A program made the translations under genes and the position numbers. From Octopus sinensis (taxonomy: Eukaryota), in contig NC_043009.1 in NCBI RefSeq assembly GCF_006345805.1, forward strand, positions 32,364,001-32,428,000: a stretch of 64,000 bases of DNA, written 5' to 3'. The notes below the pieces were generated by a model, which did not search any database, was not told where the DNA came from, and was given only the letters and a program-made list of their open reading frames with translations. Below are positions 27,109 through 42,113 of the stretch, piece by piece. Numbering within the stretch: position 1 is the first letter of the stretch; each line of letters opens with the position of its first letter.

Positions 27109-27732
27109 ACATATATATATGCATACATTTTGAATTATATGGAAGAGTGGAGTATGACCCTTTACATGGCTTACGAGATTGGCATGACAGTGGAAGAGAT
27201 CTTCACACCATCGACCTAGCATCAATGCTTGAAGGGATTAAATTCCTATGCTAGACACACTCAAGTGCCAGCTAAAGGACGTTGCTTAAACTGTGAGACG
27301 GATTAATTCTCGCACTCAAATAGGCCATGGTGTGATTTCAGCTCAGAGTAAAATCAAATACCACAACGTTTCAGTTTCGACACTCTTACATTTGTATCAA
27401 TTCACCGTCCTAGATTTATACTTTTCTGAGCAAACACAAAACAATCGCTACCTACAATGACTTTCACTCTTTGGTTTTGAAACCCAGATCAAGTATAAAA
27501 TTCTTTTTAAATTTCACCCAAATAATCTTATAATCTACTTTGTATCTAGTCCTCCGATCTTCAGCACTTTTAGAGGGAGTCTTTCCATATTAATTGTCGT
27601 GATAATCTCAGTTAATCGAAAATTTTCAAATAACTATGTAATATATGTGAAACGTTACGGTATTGGAATATATTTCACAATGATCGATCCCTTATGTGCT
27701 TCCAGGCAATGGATCTGGTCAATATGTACTAC

Positions 27733-27810
27733 CTGTAGCCAGGTCAAAAACACTTTGGTATATCTAAGAACGCTGTGGAATTGTATGTCCACGAGATACT
27801 GAACGATCTT
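27733..27810 (-). CDS. Candidate 78-nt phase 0-0 exon
   Basis: taatattttag|AAG ATC...CTA CAG|gtagta, open as KIVQYLVDIQFHSVLRYTKVFLTWLQ. Confidence 0.3.
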
Positions 27811-27828
27811 CTAAAATATTACATTTAC

Positions 27829-27930
27829 CTGTGTTTCCATGGTAGCAGTTGAATTAAATATATTTCTGTTAATGTGATAACTCAGAAGAAACTGATCGAC
27901 ATCAAATCCAGGCGAGAGACTCTTAATCTT
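27829..27930 (-). CDS. Candidate 102-nt phase 0-0 exon
   Basis: tttataaaacag|AAG ATT...ACA CAG|gtaaat, open as KIKSLSPGFDVDQFLLSYHINRNIFNSTATMETQ. Confidence 0.3.
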
Positions 27931-28571
27931 CTGTTTTATAAATAGTTAAGGAATTATATATTTCCAAACACAATTTATAAATTTTTCTAAATATCTGAAC
28001 ATCCATATCACATGGCTAATTGTGAGCTTTGGTTATCACGTCCATCATTGATAAAAAATTCTGGTATATATTTACTCGTTTTATAGCATTTTACTTGGCA
28101 AATTACCTTACACACAGTAAAGGGACAACTTACGGCCACTCAGTAACAGCATCTTACCATTCTCCTAACTTCGTTCCTCCACCATTTATGTAAATCTAAA
28201 ATACGTTCAGAATTAATACCCAGGAAAGATTAATAATGAAGTCAAATCACAAGCTTCATTATTGTGAAGTAGAAATGAAATGACATACATGAAACAATAG
28301 AAAAACCAAATAATTTTTAAATACAATAGATCATTATAAATTTCACATCATATATCAGGAAATGTATTGCCTTCATTAACATAGACAGAGAAGCTGGTTG
28401 AAAGAAGAGGTTATTAGAATTAATGTAGATACATAGATACAGTTATAATATTTCCATATGTGTGTGTGTGTGTGTGCGTACGTGTATACAGCGTGGGTGA
28501 TGGGTAACACACGCACATACGTATATAAGTATACTTCTATATATCTATCTGTCTGTCCGTCCGTCTGTCTA

Positions 28572-28612
<41 letters not shown>

Positions 28613-28621
28613 ATGTCTGTC

Positions 28622-28669
<48 letters not shown>

Positions 28670-29873
28670 CATATATATACATATATATATACATATATTT
28701 ATATATATATATATATTTATATATATATGTATATATATGCATATAATATATATACATATATTTAGTTATGCATAACTTTCCCACTAGACATTACTGTGCA
28801 TATATATGTGTGTATGAGTGTGTATACACAGACACAGACACACACAAACTGACACCTCCCCCTACACACACACACATATATATATACATACAAGTATATG
28901 TATAGGTATATATTTATATACAGAAGAAAAAACACAAATAAATAATAGTCTGCCAATTTTAAGCAATGAATAAATTAGCAATACCACAAAGAATTTTAAT
29001 GGCTCAATAGTCAACTGTTTTACAAACTAATGAATCTTCATATGAATAGTTTATACAAAATTATCAACGACCATATCTGAATGCAAAATGAAGTTGTCAT
29101 AATCTCCATCAATAGACGTTCACATTTCTTTTCTTTGGCCAAGTTGCTATCTATTGTATAACAGCGTATCTACATGACCCCATACCCCTTCACATCAACA
29201 CTATCAATCGAACTAGACCTCTCATTAAGATACCTTATGATTATATTGCGCGGAAAGCTCCGCTGTTTGTCTTAATTGCATTTGACTCCCCGGGGCTTAG
29301 TTGTTCATGTTTCCAATCAATTATAAGCACTAATTCCCAAAATATTGATTTCTTTTGACTAAGCGAAGTACATTATTTCAATAGTTGGCAGTTATAGCCG
29401 AGTTTATTTGATATCAGGCAATCACTCATATTTATTTGCTTTTTTTAATATCAGAAGGATGGCAATCTGTGCTGGAGATCTCGGTTAATTCAGACAGACT
29501 TCAAATTCATGGTATTCTACCCAGCTATCAACCTTATCATTCGATTGCTGTTTGTCTGTATCTTTTGGCGGTCGATACAGGTGAAGTGGATATACTTGAT
29601 CGCAGCCAAAATCGGTCTCCATCTGCAATGCTGTTTGCCGCTATGCTGAGATGAACGTTACTAAACTGGATACGACACTGTCACTGTTGTTAGTCTCTAA
29701 TTGTTTTCGCATGCGTTGTCTCGTAGCATTTGATATTATATACATTTGTATAAGTAATATATAAATTATAAAATATTTTTTGTTCTTTAAAAAAATAGTA
29801 TTGACAGTAACTTCGAAGTTACGACCACTCTGTTAATACTATTCTTCTTAAGCAATAAATTTGTATCATACAA

Positions 29874-29925
29874 ATATAATCTGAAGAGTTACTCCATAAT
29901 TATGGAGTAACTCTTCAGATTATAT
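29874..29925. repeat. Perfect spacerless 52-bp palindrome
   Basis: ATATAATCTGAAGAGTTACTCCATAA|TTATGGAGTAACTCTTCAGATTATAT, checked base by base. Confidence 0.97.
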
Positions 29926-30494
29926 AACTCATAAAATATGATGTATAATCCATGTATTATGTAAGCCTTATGTAATTATGGTATGCACACACACTAACAC
30001 ACACATATATTTGTTATATTCAGTTTTATTATGACTTTAGCAGAGTCAAAAACTCAACACCCATAACCATATCAGTGCTGTGCTAAGACTGATAGACTGC
30101 AGAGAGGAAGTTTATCTCCGACTGGATATGTGGGTCGAAATCTTGCAATAGAGTACAACAATGAAGTATACAAGTGGTGATATTAAACTAGACAAAAATA
30201 AAGTCCATCATATAAAAAGCAGAACAACTAGAGGGGCTTTCACAAATTTCTGTTCACCAAATTTCATTGACAGGCTCTTCCACAAGCCGAAGAAAAACCA
30301 TAAAATATTTTCTTTCTGAAGTAAATCTCATAACAACACCTTTAAGTGAAGAGTAAGATATCATTTAGCGAAACCATTTTTCTTATCAATTATGCTATGA
30401 ATAATTCTTATATCATCATCTTACCCCAATATTATATGTTCACACAATGAGAGGGATTGTGATTTTAAGATTGCGTTCTGGTGTGTACTCGATA

Positions 30495-30642
<148 letters not shown>

Positions 30643-31672
30643 AAACGAAAGCAGGTGTATAAACAACAAACAGATGTATTAGTTTAACGCTCGGAAAGTG
30701 AGAAAGTCATATATATATATATAAATACGTATATAGGGGCTTCATAAGAATGGTAGCTGAATGCTGCAACGGCAACAAAGAACTTCATACTCAGGTGTTA
30801 GATTTCCTTTGTTAAAAACTGGGTAACCTAGGATGAAAATGTAATTTAGTTATACTGTGTTTCTGGCAAACTGTTGCGAAATCAGTCATCTAGTAAGTTC
30901 CAAAACAATTCAATTCAATGTATCTAATATATTGAGCATTATATTTAACGTTGTTAATTTGCTTGAAATATAACCACGTGGCTGAATTTGGGGTAAATAC
31001 TATCTGCAATCCCTTGAGATCGTTCCTGTTTTGGCATGGTTGACTAAATTCTTTGTGAGTTTAAGCCAATCCCTGCGTCATACGGTCTTTGTGAATACCT
31101 ATACAATGTGTATGGTCGGTATGAATTGTTTGGCTCCCTTGTACTATATGTGTAATTCCAGGTATGTTGTCTTCGTTCGTGTAACATAATCCTATTGTTG
31201 ATTGTTGTTATTCGGGTCATCGAAGTTGATGTTGATGTTATTAATGTTGATGTTATTGATGATGATGGCAGTTCTTACTGCAGTAGGTTCTTATCAAGAT
31301 GGTAGATTCTTATTGAGTTAACATAATATTAAGGATATTCCAGAAGTGTCCATTCTGTATATTTGCATATACCGACATAATATTCTATACTAATTTACTT
31401 TCATTTCCAAAACAAGTTTTCAAATTCTTCACAAATTTCTTATTTGCGATAAGAACAATTGCGAAATGGTTCTTTCCACTTTTATTGAACCTTGTGCATG
31501 TCAGGCTCAAACATCGAAGTTAAGCAGATAGCCGCCAGCGGAGAGATAGAAATATTATAGCGGTGAAAAATTATATTTATCGCATATGGATAAATATTTC
31601 ATATTCTTTTAAAGGAAATAATTAAAATTCGATCAAATACATATCATCTTTAATCATTATCATTATCATCAT

Positions 31673-31721
<49 letters not shown>

Positions 31722-34700
31722 GTCATCATCATCATCATCATCACCATCACCATCATCGTCATCGTCATCATAATTATCATCATCATTCTTGTCATCTACA
31801 TGATCATCATCCTAAGGATTCTTGTAAATACCATTATATTCAGCATACTCTTTATCTTTTTTATCTTCACCCTAACCATCACCACCATCGTCATTGTGGT
31901 AATAGTCACTTTCGCCGTCGCAGTCGTCGTCGTCGTCGTCATCAACGTTACCAATAAAAAGAAGACCATACGTTTTTGAACAAGAATGTTAAAAACTTTG
32001 AGAATCAAAATAACTTTGACAATCTAGGTTATTGGCAGCCTTATTTTCTAATCCTTTCAACAAATTGCAATACTGAATACGGATAAAACGCAAATAATTC
32101 ATTTTCTCAGGTTTCAGACGCGGGCAATTTCTACTGAAATCTAGTTTAATTTTCCACTGAATATTTCTCACAGCTAAGCTATTCCTAGTTGTGTCTTCCT
32201 TGTTGGTAATTAGATAAAGAAATATATTTGCCAATCAAATGAATATTTTCTTTTGCCTTTGGAACAAGATACCGTTTCCTATTTCATAACGGATTAGGAA
32301 AATGTGTCAAGGGAATATGCTAAACAAGAAACGATACATAGATACACACACATACACACACACATACATATATATATATACACATACGTACATATGTACA
32401 TATGTGCACAGCCACACCCACGCACACATATATTATACATATTAATGCTTGTCAATATAAATATATTCTTAAATGCACCTCAGTATTTATCTGTGTATAT
32501 ATACTATGTTCTCACGTGACTTAGTGTTCCTAAATGCAGTACGCTTGTACTAGACTGTCCTATGATATATAAAAAATATTTCCTTTGTTAAATACCTACA
32601 TGAATTTCAATGCAAGAAATATTGGTAGAAAATTGTCATCGAAACTGAATCAGATGGAAACAGTAAGCTTTTAATAGTTGTTTGTGGCAGAAAATAATTC
32701 TGTTATAGATCATCTGCCCTGAAGATATGAATATTTCCCCCAATCCCCAAAATTAAAATTAAATTAAAATTATCCCTATAAATATTGGAGCATTTGTCTT
32801 CTTTGTTATATTTTTCAATGGAAATATCGTAAAGGTGGGCTTTCCAGGATAAAATGGAGCAAGTTAATACATACTTTTTTAATCCAATTTGTAAGAAATA
32901 TATGAGAGACGTTTCTCGAGTTAAGCATGTTACTTTTCGCAATTATCGAAATTCCGGCGAATCAGATTTTGCTTTCTTCGTTAGAAACTAGATCCCTCTT
33001 GATGGGAAGAAACAGTTAAAATGACCACAAACACACACACAGAGACACACAGAAACACACACACATACACACAAACAGACACATACACACACATAAATGT
33101 ATATACAAATACACATATATGTGTTTGAATAACTGTTTATACATCCATCTATCTCTTTTATAGTTCTACCTCCTTGTAGTTCCACCGTAGAAAAAGGTTA
33201 TATTTTATATCCCCAGAAGATCCTGAAAGGGTTAGAGAAACTCGAAGGAATGTTTTGGCCCACTGGTAGAACGTCTGTCATGGTTACAGAAAAAGGAATT
33301 CGAATTCCGGGCAGCATTCGCCTTTTTTCCAGCCAAAGCAGTTTGCACGCTTTTATTCATAACTTTGTCTACTTCGAGTCACATCGTTAAGAAGGGATTG
33401 CTTAAATATATGTGTGTGCGTGTGTGAGTGTATCTCTGTATGTGTGTGTATGTGTGTAGAGAGAGAGAGAGGAAGAGAGATAGAGTCAGATAGAAGCCAG
33501 AGAGTGTGTGAGAGAGAGAGAGAGAGGAAGAGAGAATGGACTTTAACTGGTGCTTCGAACACGTTTCTAAATTGCATTGGGAGTTTGATTCAGAGGCACA
33601 ATTGACTTAGATTCCCATCACATTCTTGCTTATGCATACCAAAACCTATTTGCAGTTAATTCTAGATACCGATTAAGAGTTAATAATATCGTTATGCCGA
33701 TAAAACTCCACACTCCTTTTCGTTGACCTTTGCCGGCTTTCGTTGACCTGGTGTAATTTAGACATAACTACTCAACATCAAATACTCAGTTTATTTCTAT
33801 GGACACAAACCTCGTAACTCTCCATTAATGTGAAATCAAATCTAGTCTTTAATTGTATTGGTACAGTTATTATACACATCACACAAACAGTCTCGTAATT
33901 CAAACGCGCTACGCATGAATATCACAGAACAAACTATTAGAATGGAAACGGGAAATTATTTGAAGGACAACAAGGGAAGTATAAATATTATTATGAAAGA
34001 ATCTAATGATACACAAAATATACAAAAGAAGTAATAACGTGGAAAAGAGTTTGATTAATAAAAGAGCGAGTTTAATTTATGATAGAGGTAAGGGAATAGA
34101 GACCAGCTCATGAAATGCTAATATACTAAGACTTCCCAAAACCAAAGACCAGTGCTACATAGAATTACTTCTGGAATAGATGTTATCACAGTATGTAACA
34201 GTTGCTGTCCGCCAGGAAAGTTGATGGGAAACCAACATTGGTATCCTACTCACCTTTTGGACGCTAGTGCTGAGTAACAAACCTCCAAATCCATACCCAA
34301 AATAAGACAATTCTGATGATTGCCAAAGAATTACTCATATTTTCGCTAAATTCCTGTCGTCATCGATGATTACAAATTATGTGCAGGGCGGTCATTTGCC
34401 CGCAGACATTTGTTGACACTGCTTCGAAAAACTCAAAGAATAAAGAAAAACACACACTGAGCATCAGAGCTGAAGACACCTCCGAAAGTGGAGGGGTGCC
34501 ACGTCAAAAACGGTAAAAGAGTAGGGGCCGAAACCGGGCGTGGTTCCTCTTGATGATGTCCTTGGCCACTGGTTCCTATTAGGGAGCTGTTGTGGGAGCA
34601 AACCACGAAACCTGGTCGGAATTCCTCCAAAGTAGAGTTAGATACCGACAATATGATCTATTAAATTCAGGGCCGTCATAACAGCTGGCAGTTTGTTCCT

Positions 34701-34819
34701 TGCCAATCACCTTTCCTTGCTCGATAACTAAGTAACAGTGTGCATGGGCACGCTGATTTTCTTTTGTTCTCGAGCCATATACAAACAGGGTCAGTTACTA
34801 GTTACTATAGATTTCAAGT

Positions 34820-35220
34820 ATTCTTCTTCTTCTTCTTTCTTCTTCTTCTTCTTCTTCTTCTTCTTCTTTTTCTTCTTCTTCTTTTTCTTCTTCTTCTTCT
34901 TCTTCTTCTTCTTCTTCTTCTTCTTCTTCTTCTTCTTCTTCTCTTCTTCTTCTTTTCTTCTTCTTCTTCTTCTTCTTCTCTTCTTCTTCTTTTTCTTCTT
35001 TTTCTTCTTCATTTCTCCTTCATTTCTCCTTCTCTTCCTTCTTTTCCTTCTTCTTTTCTTCTACCCCTCCTCATCCTCCTACTTTTTCTCCTTTTTTTCT
35101 TCTCCTCCTTTCCCTTCTACTTATTCTCCTCCTCCTTATTTTCGTTCTTCTTCTTCTCTTCCTCCTCCTCCTACGTTTCTTCTTTTCCTCTTCTTTTCCT
35201 TCTATTTTATCTCCTTACTA
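34820..35220. repeat. (TTC)n and degenerate polypyrimidine tract
   Basis: Directly visible; source of the poly-F/L/K ORFs. Confidence 0.95.
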
Positions 35221-35255
35221 TTTTTATTGTTATGATTTAAGACAACGAAAAGTCG

Positions 35256-35400
35256 GTGCAATGGCAGAATCATTAGTAAGCCATGAGAAATGCTTAACAG
35301 TATTTCGTCCCGTCTTTACAATGTGAATTCAAATTCCGCCAGGTCGACTTTGCCTTTCATCCCTTCTTCGTCGATAAAATAAGAACCTGTTCCGCACTGC
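35256..35400 (+). mobile_element. SINE family B copy followed by an (ATC)n array
   Basis: TGGCAGAATCATTAG...GAATTCAAATTCCGCCAGGTCGACTTTGCCTTTCATCCCTTCTTCGTCGATAAAATAAG. Confidence 0.85.
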
Positions 35401-35429
35401 GGTTCATCATCATCATCATCATCGTCATT

Positions 35430-35476
<47 letters not shown>

Positions 35477-36234
35477 TATCATCAGCTTCCTCCTCATCCT
35501 CATCATCACTATCCTCCTCATCCTCATCAAATCTTGTAGTCAACACCACACAATATGTGTGCATACGCTCTTCAGCGATGGTTTTGGTAATGTAAAATAA
35601 AAGGATATTTTCAATTACCTCACCTGTAATTGTTCAAACACAAGAATGGGAAATTCTTTAAGAAAGTGACATCTGCATTTTGCGTTAGCCTAGACGTGCA
35701 TTGCTACACTAATCCTTCACACTACACAAATCAGAAAACATGTAGAACAAGCATGTCTATGTACATGGAACTCTTCTTCACACTGTATCACTGTTTCTCA
35801 TATAACAATTTACAAACAACATATTAAACATCGCGTATGAATCCAATAAACATTAATACATTGATGTACAACAGGCACAGTGACAACAACATACCTGAGA
35901 ATAAGCACATATCAAATATCAAATTTCATGTACCAGACACATAGGAATTCGAAAAAAGAAAAAAAATTAAACAAAATAATTGTGAAAAATATAAATAACT
36001 AAATAAATAAAATGAAAATTATATTTCGTATTTTGTAATATTACATGACAGCATTACGAGAAATACATTTGTTATTTTTCACGCCTCCTGTTCCCTAGTA
36101 GACAGCTTGTGTGTATAATCAGAACGATGACTTCACCGGATGTATTCTCTGCCCTAATACATAAAATATGTAGCGTTTTTCAACTTATTTATTAATTTGT
36201 TCATGAAATTTCATACTTTGTATTTGGAATTATT

Positions 36235-36265
<31 letters not shown>

Positions 36266-36395
36266 TATTATTATTATTATTATATTACTATTATATTATT
36301 ATTATTATTATTATTATTATTGTTGTTGTTGTTATTATTATTATTATTATTACTATTATTATTATTATATTATTATTATTATTATTATATTATTA

Positions 36396-36453
<58 letters not shown>

Positions 36454-36803
36454 GTTGTTGTTGTTGTCGTTGTTGCTGTTGTTGCTATTTTGCCAATGGT
36501 ATTTGGGAAAATATAATGTCCTACCAACAATGAATTGAATACGAATCTGAAAGAATTAAATCGAAAATAAATGAACTATGACTGACGTATGGTTTATATT
36601 TTAGGTACACGTTATGGAATAATTGAAATATAGAATTTGTGGTCTATAATATCAAGCGAATAGAAGTCGGTGTATAGTATTTTGTTGTTATATGGATTTG
36701 AGAAATAACTTATTTCACATCGGCAAAGCATAATAAAGCCTGTCAAACGTAAAAGAAATATTCTTAAAAAACAACGTAGACATTCGCACATACATACACT
36801 TAC

Positions 36804-37010
36804 TCTCATAAATTATAAATATATGTAAAGCGATGAAAAAAGTCCAGATACCAATCTGTCTAATGTAACAAAATAATATTTGTAGTTTTTGTAAAGGAAA
36901 ACTGCACTCAACTGCAGCTATAATGTCTACAGGAATTATGTGTAAGGCAACAATATTCTTCATTTTTGCACTCATTCGTAACAGAGTTGTGAGGAGGTCC
37001 GGTAAAACTT
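36804..37010 (-). CDS. Candidate 207-nt phase 1-1 exon of an unidentified, possibly membrane, protein
   Basis: Strong acceptor tgtgtttttgtcttcag|AA and strong donor A|gtaagt. 68 open codons: VLPDLLTTLLRMSAKMKNIVALHIIPVDIIAAVECSFPLQKLQILFCYIRQIGIWTFFIALHIFIIYE. Confidence 0.5.
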
Positions 37011-39799
37011 CTGAAGACAAAAACACAACTTATTAAAAGAAAAAATTACATTAGTGTAGGTCTTCGACGAAAATTGCAACAATGATGCCAGGGGTTATAA
37101 AAAGATATTGACCGCTAACCTTTCCAGAGGCCCAGATAAAGCGGTGCCTTATGAACTCTACATGTCGAACAGGAGGAAACATACTTATATATCTTAATCA
37201 CAAGAGCAGGTGGTTCGGTTCGTCACATCCGGGTGACATTTTTTATTTTGCGTATTCCAGTATCAAAGTGCCATCCGCTTTGATTCATATTATTTTATTA
37301 TAGGACAAACATCGGGAAGGGAAAATTCAGATATGATGTGCCCTGCATGGAAAAAGAAATCAACATCGCTTTGCTTAGGTGTTGCATCAATCGTATCATG
37401 CATTCTCTGGTGGCAAAATTACAAGGAGAAAATAAGGCTAGTTTTGCCCAAGTGTACTCCACTGAAAGCAATTATTTTCTGCAAAAATTTCCATTACGAA
37501 TTTATCATTCAAGCCTGGTCTTTATTCTTACTGTGATTGGATTGTAAACAGCGTCTGCAGTCGAGAAACAGCGGGTACATTTCAGATTTCTTCCTTGGGT
37601 CAAGTTGAGAAAATGTGTACTATCGTTTTATTTAGAGTATTTAATATATAACTTGGCTGCCCGTGAGATTTGCTTCCGGTTGCCAGACGATTCTCCCTCA
37701 CTTTCGACTAGGAACTCCATTTTATATGCGTACATACATGTGCACCAATGCATGCACAGATACACACATATATACACACACATATTTAAAAGCATGATGT
37801 AACAGTGTATGCGAGTGTACACGCTAACATTTAAATGCAAGGAAGTATAAACGAATGTAATATTATGTGCATGTGTGCATATTTGTGTGTGCATGAGTGT
37901 GTTTGTGTGTATGTGTGTGAGTGTGTATGAGCGTGTGTGTGCGTGTGTACGTTCTTATTACTAAGTACGCTGTTATTGTTGTAAACTAGAAAATGTTAAG
38001 TAGACTGACTGAAGTATTACACAGACAGTCTGGGTCAATAAGTAACTTTATGAACGCCACTCTTCAATATGATGGCCATAAATATGGTGGGATTTCAAGA
38101 ACACATATATTTAGTTTAATTGAATTTTCTCTACTGAATTTTATTCTCTAAAACTTATTTTCAAAGACTGTCATCGTAACATTGACATTTCACATTTCGT
38201 GTTCGAGATTTCAAAGACATTTCTTCCTTCTCTGTAATTTCGGTTTTTATATTACTTGAAACACATAAATCAACTAGAGTCGTGTATTTAGTTTTTCTTT
38301 ATGTATTGAAGCAGCTCACGTGCAATAAAACTGTTGGAGAAACAGGGCAAGTGTAATGACAGAATCGGTAGAAATAAGGACAGCACTCCGCCTGATATTT
38401 TGTCGCTTTGTTATGAGTTCAAGTTTCACTGAAGTTAAATTTATATTTCATTCATCCGTGAACAATAACAAGTACTGATCCTATGCGTCCTCTTTATAAA
38501 AGCTTAACTCTTAATGAATGTAAGAAATTATTATCATTTCTTGTTGTAGACAACTATTGGTGGAACCACCGATAAATGGCATTTAGTAATTAATACCGAA
38601 CAGACAATTTATGATTTACAATCCTAAGACAATTTAATGATTGTGACGAAATTAGCTCATTTGAATTGATTACGTCAGTTATTTATAAAATTTATGAGAG
38701 TATTATCTTATATTGCATGGATTTTAATTTGTAGTAAGGTGTAAAACATTCAAGAATTGTTTTTGATGATCTAAATAATCATCGATGTAACCTGATATAT
38801 AAGATGTTGAAGATGTTGAGTTTTAGTGTCAATCAGCACACGAGTGAAAGGAAAGGTTTCTATAAAAGTGCACTCTTAAGAGCCAGAAGCATGTCACACA
38901 TGTTTGTTTAGAATTTGTAGATACAGAGAGAGAATTGTTATGATACTGTGCTGGATGAGACTGGTGGGTCCAGTTATGTGTAATGAGCAGAAAATGCGTT
39001 GTGAAACATAGCAAGAGCTAAGGAGGAATAAATAGTCGTTGTTTTCTAAGTTTATCAGAATAAATCGTTAACAGCTTTTGCTGGTTAGATAGGAAAAGTT
39101 TGCATCTAAGAACCTTTAGTTTTTCAAGAGTTCTATGATAAATGTCAGGAAGGGAGGCAGATTTCCTCAAACTGGGAACTCGGTTTAAATATTTCCAGCC
39201 TTCAAATTGAAGTCTGCCAATAACAATGAAATACTTGGGTTTGTCAAACATACAACAGATTAAGTTTATCTACCCAAAAGTAGACCAAGAACAAATATCA
39301 CGTAGTACCTAGCTTGACCACCCAAGAATTCTTTCAACCCACGATCTTCAACTGGATTTGTATTTCATTGATATTGAAATGAAACGCAAACTTGACTAAG
39401 AAAGGATTTGAAATCAATGTGTAGAGTGCTATAACATCACCAGACACTTTCTCCTACGTTCGCCATAATGTTATTTCAGATGTTTATTTGGATTTCATTA
39501 AGATGTGTTAATGATATATTCACATTCTAATTTATCACAGAACTTTCCTTCCGTTAGTATATCGGTTCGATAATATTGTGCGATTATGAATGCTCGTGGG
39601 GTGATTATCAAATGTTGCTTCAGAACATCTGGCAGAGCTTAAATCAAATTTCAGATTTAGATTTGTAGCATTTGGATTTCTCGTGGTTGAGAATAATGAG
39701 AAAATACCTTTACACTAATTATTCTGTCTATCTATCAATATATACATACATAGGGATCAGTGTATGCGGGTAGACAGGCATGGAGAAGTGTTGGGGTTT

Positions 39800-40500
39800 A
39801 GGGATTTGCGGTACTGTTCATAGGGTTAATTTGTGACGGTGACCGTGGTGCAGTCAGTGCTAAGGGTGACTAGTACTAAGGGGGTATATCCGGGTTGTCG
39901 GCAGGCAATAACTTGAAATTTGTCAGAAGGATGTACCTCTGGTGACAGAAATAGGTTACCTCATATTTGTTTGTTGATGGACCTGCGGGTTGGTAGTTGA
40001 TATGCAGTTTTTCTTGAAGACACAGCCAGCAATTAGGCGCTGGGTGAATATGATGGCGTCCTGTCAATACAAGGTACACTTGATGCTGGGTGTTTTGTTT
40101 CGGAGGTAATGAAGTTTCCAAAGCAAGCGCGACAAGAAAGTGGCGTTCTCTCTGTCCCTGGATCTAAATGAATGCAAGTACTGGAAATATCTTCCCGTGA
40201 AGTGACTGGCTGTCATGCCCGTATAGTGCCTAGTAATGTCATCGGATGGTGTAATGGTAGCTCTGTATACTACAGCCAATGAGCAGCAGGAAACACCTAG
40301 AGGGCAGCTGATAAGGTTTCGGAACTTGCAGGTTGGGGTTGGGATTGTCTGGGGACATTTTTACACCTCTTGATGTGTGTGATGTTAGATGCGTTGTTGT
40401 CTAAGCAGGAATAGCTTACATTGATATTATGGGGGTTGAAGAGATTGTAATAGTTATGGACTCTGGGAAAACGTTTCTTTATTAACGTCAGGAACCGCAT
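39800..40500 (-). mobile_element. Penelope-like element (end of RT region plus GIY-YIG endonuclease), frameshifted
   Basis: FLTLIKKRFPRVHNYYNLFNPHNINVSYSCLDN, then VVYRATITPSDDITRHYTGMTASHFTGRYFQYLHSFR...TFLSRLLWKL, then CWLCLQEKLHI...NKYEV...CH. Confidence 0.88.
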
Positions 40501-41209
40501 AGCTACGAAGGAAACGAAGTGAAGATGAATTATTCATATGGTTATATATTCACCCAGATTCCATTCCATTTCTGCTTATATAAACATAACAAACTGATAA
40601 ACATGCATTCGCCAAAATACTACAAGACGTAGCAGACATACTATTATAACTGCGGCTGCTGCGATTTGCAAATAGCTTGGTGTTTACCATCTTCATACAT
40701 AGCCACAATCCTGTACTGTGCCCATTTCTATTGGCACCTTAAGAGTATATAGTATTTTTGGAATCGTATGCTAAGTAATGTCACCATTCTGTTCACCTAC
40801 ACACTCCACAATTAGCATTGCATTTCTCGTTCATATTTCTACTGAGGACGTTGATTATTTGATATTAAACAAACATTTCCACTACATCACTCACCACGAT
40901 ATGACATATTATGAGGAGATATTAGCTACAAACTCCTACCTCACTACTTCTGTCTATCCATATTATTTTTAGAAGGTACGACTTCAGTTTTGGTTAGTGC
41001 TGTGAAAATTCAAATTCTCAGTGTACATAAAGTGAAAAATAATGTAAGTTACAAACTATTGAAGACGGAATCGATCCTGACAACAAACCAGAATGACTTA
41101 AATGTTGTATATCCAGCGGACAACAAATACTTAAAACATACTCTGAAACACACACACACAAAAACACACATATATATGCGTATGTATGAACACCTGTGTA
41201 TATTGGTAC

Positions 41210-41266
<57 letters not shown>

Positions 41267-41527
41267 TATAAATACATATGAGACATTATATGAATATATC
41301 CTTATATTCAACTTGCTTAACATCCTCCACTCACTGCATAATTCTTATACAAGAATTTATGATCAAATCGTTAATATGCAAGTGCACAGATATACACATA
41401 TATACATGCACATTCTTTACATATATATGCTTACATATACACATTTTCATATATATATATGTATATATATGTATATATATATATATATGTATATATATGT
41501 ATATATATGTATATATATGTATATATA

Positions 41528-41595
<68 letters not shown>

Positions 41596-42055
41596 ATATA
41601 ATATATATATATATATGTATATATATGTATATATATATGTATATATATGTATATACATATATATATATGTATATATATATATATCTATAAGAAGAACGTA
41701 GAACGAATTTAGATCCACATACTTAACGATGAACAGTTATAAAAACATGTTTTAACAAAAGTCATTTCAGTATGAAAAAAGAGACGATGACTGAGAAAGA
41801 AAAATTCAGTGAAATATTTAGGGTTGGAAATGGCATTCTACCCTTAAACTACAGGCATAAAAAGTGAATATGAAGGAATGGTTTGTTCTAGAACATCATT
41901 AAGCAGTATTGAATATCAGTTTGTAGAATTTAGCTTCTTTTCTCTGAAATATTCAGAACATTTGAATTTTTATTTCTGCACAGAAAGAAAGCATAACATG
42001 CGTAATCCCATATATATCACTATGCATAAATACACACACACACGCACACACGTAT

Positions 42056-42113
<58 letters not shown>

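Noticed and set aside
27390-27425. Exon with excellent acceptor and donor
   Set aside because: All three frames contain stops. This shows that good-looking splice pairs arise by chance here, so the other exon confidences were lowered.
29881-29920. Hammerhead ribozyme (CTGAAGA followed by a stem)
   Set aside because: The required GAAA after stem II is absent; the match is a by-product of the palindrome.
35316-35564. Asp/Glu-rich ORF suggestive of an acidic biomineral protein
   Set aside because: It consists of an (ATC)n array plus the antisense of a SINE B copy.
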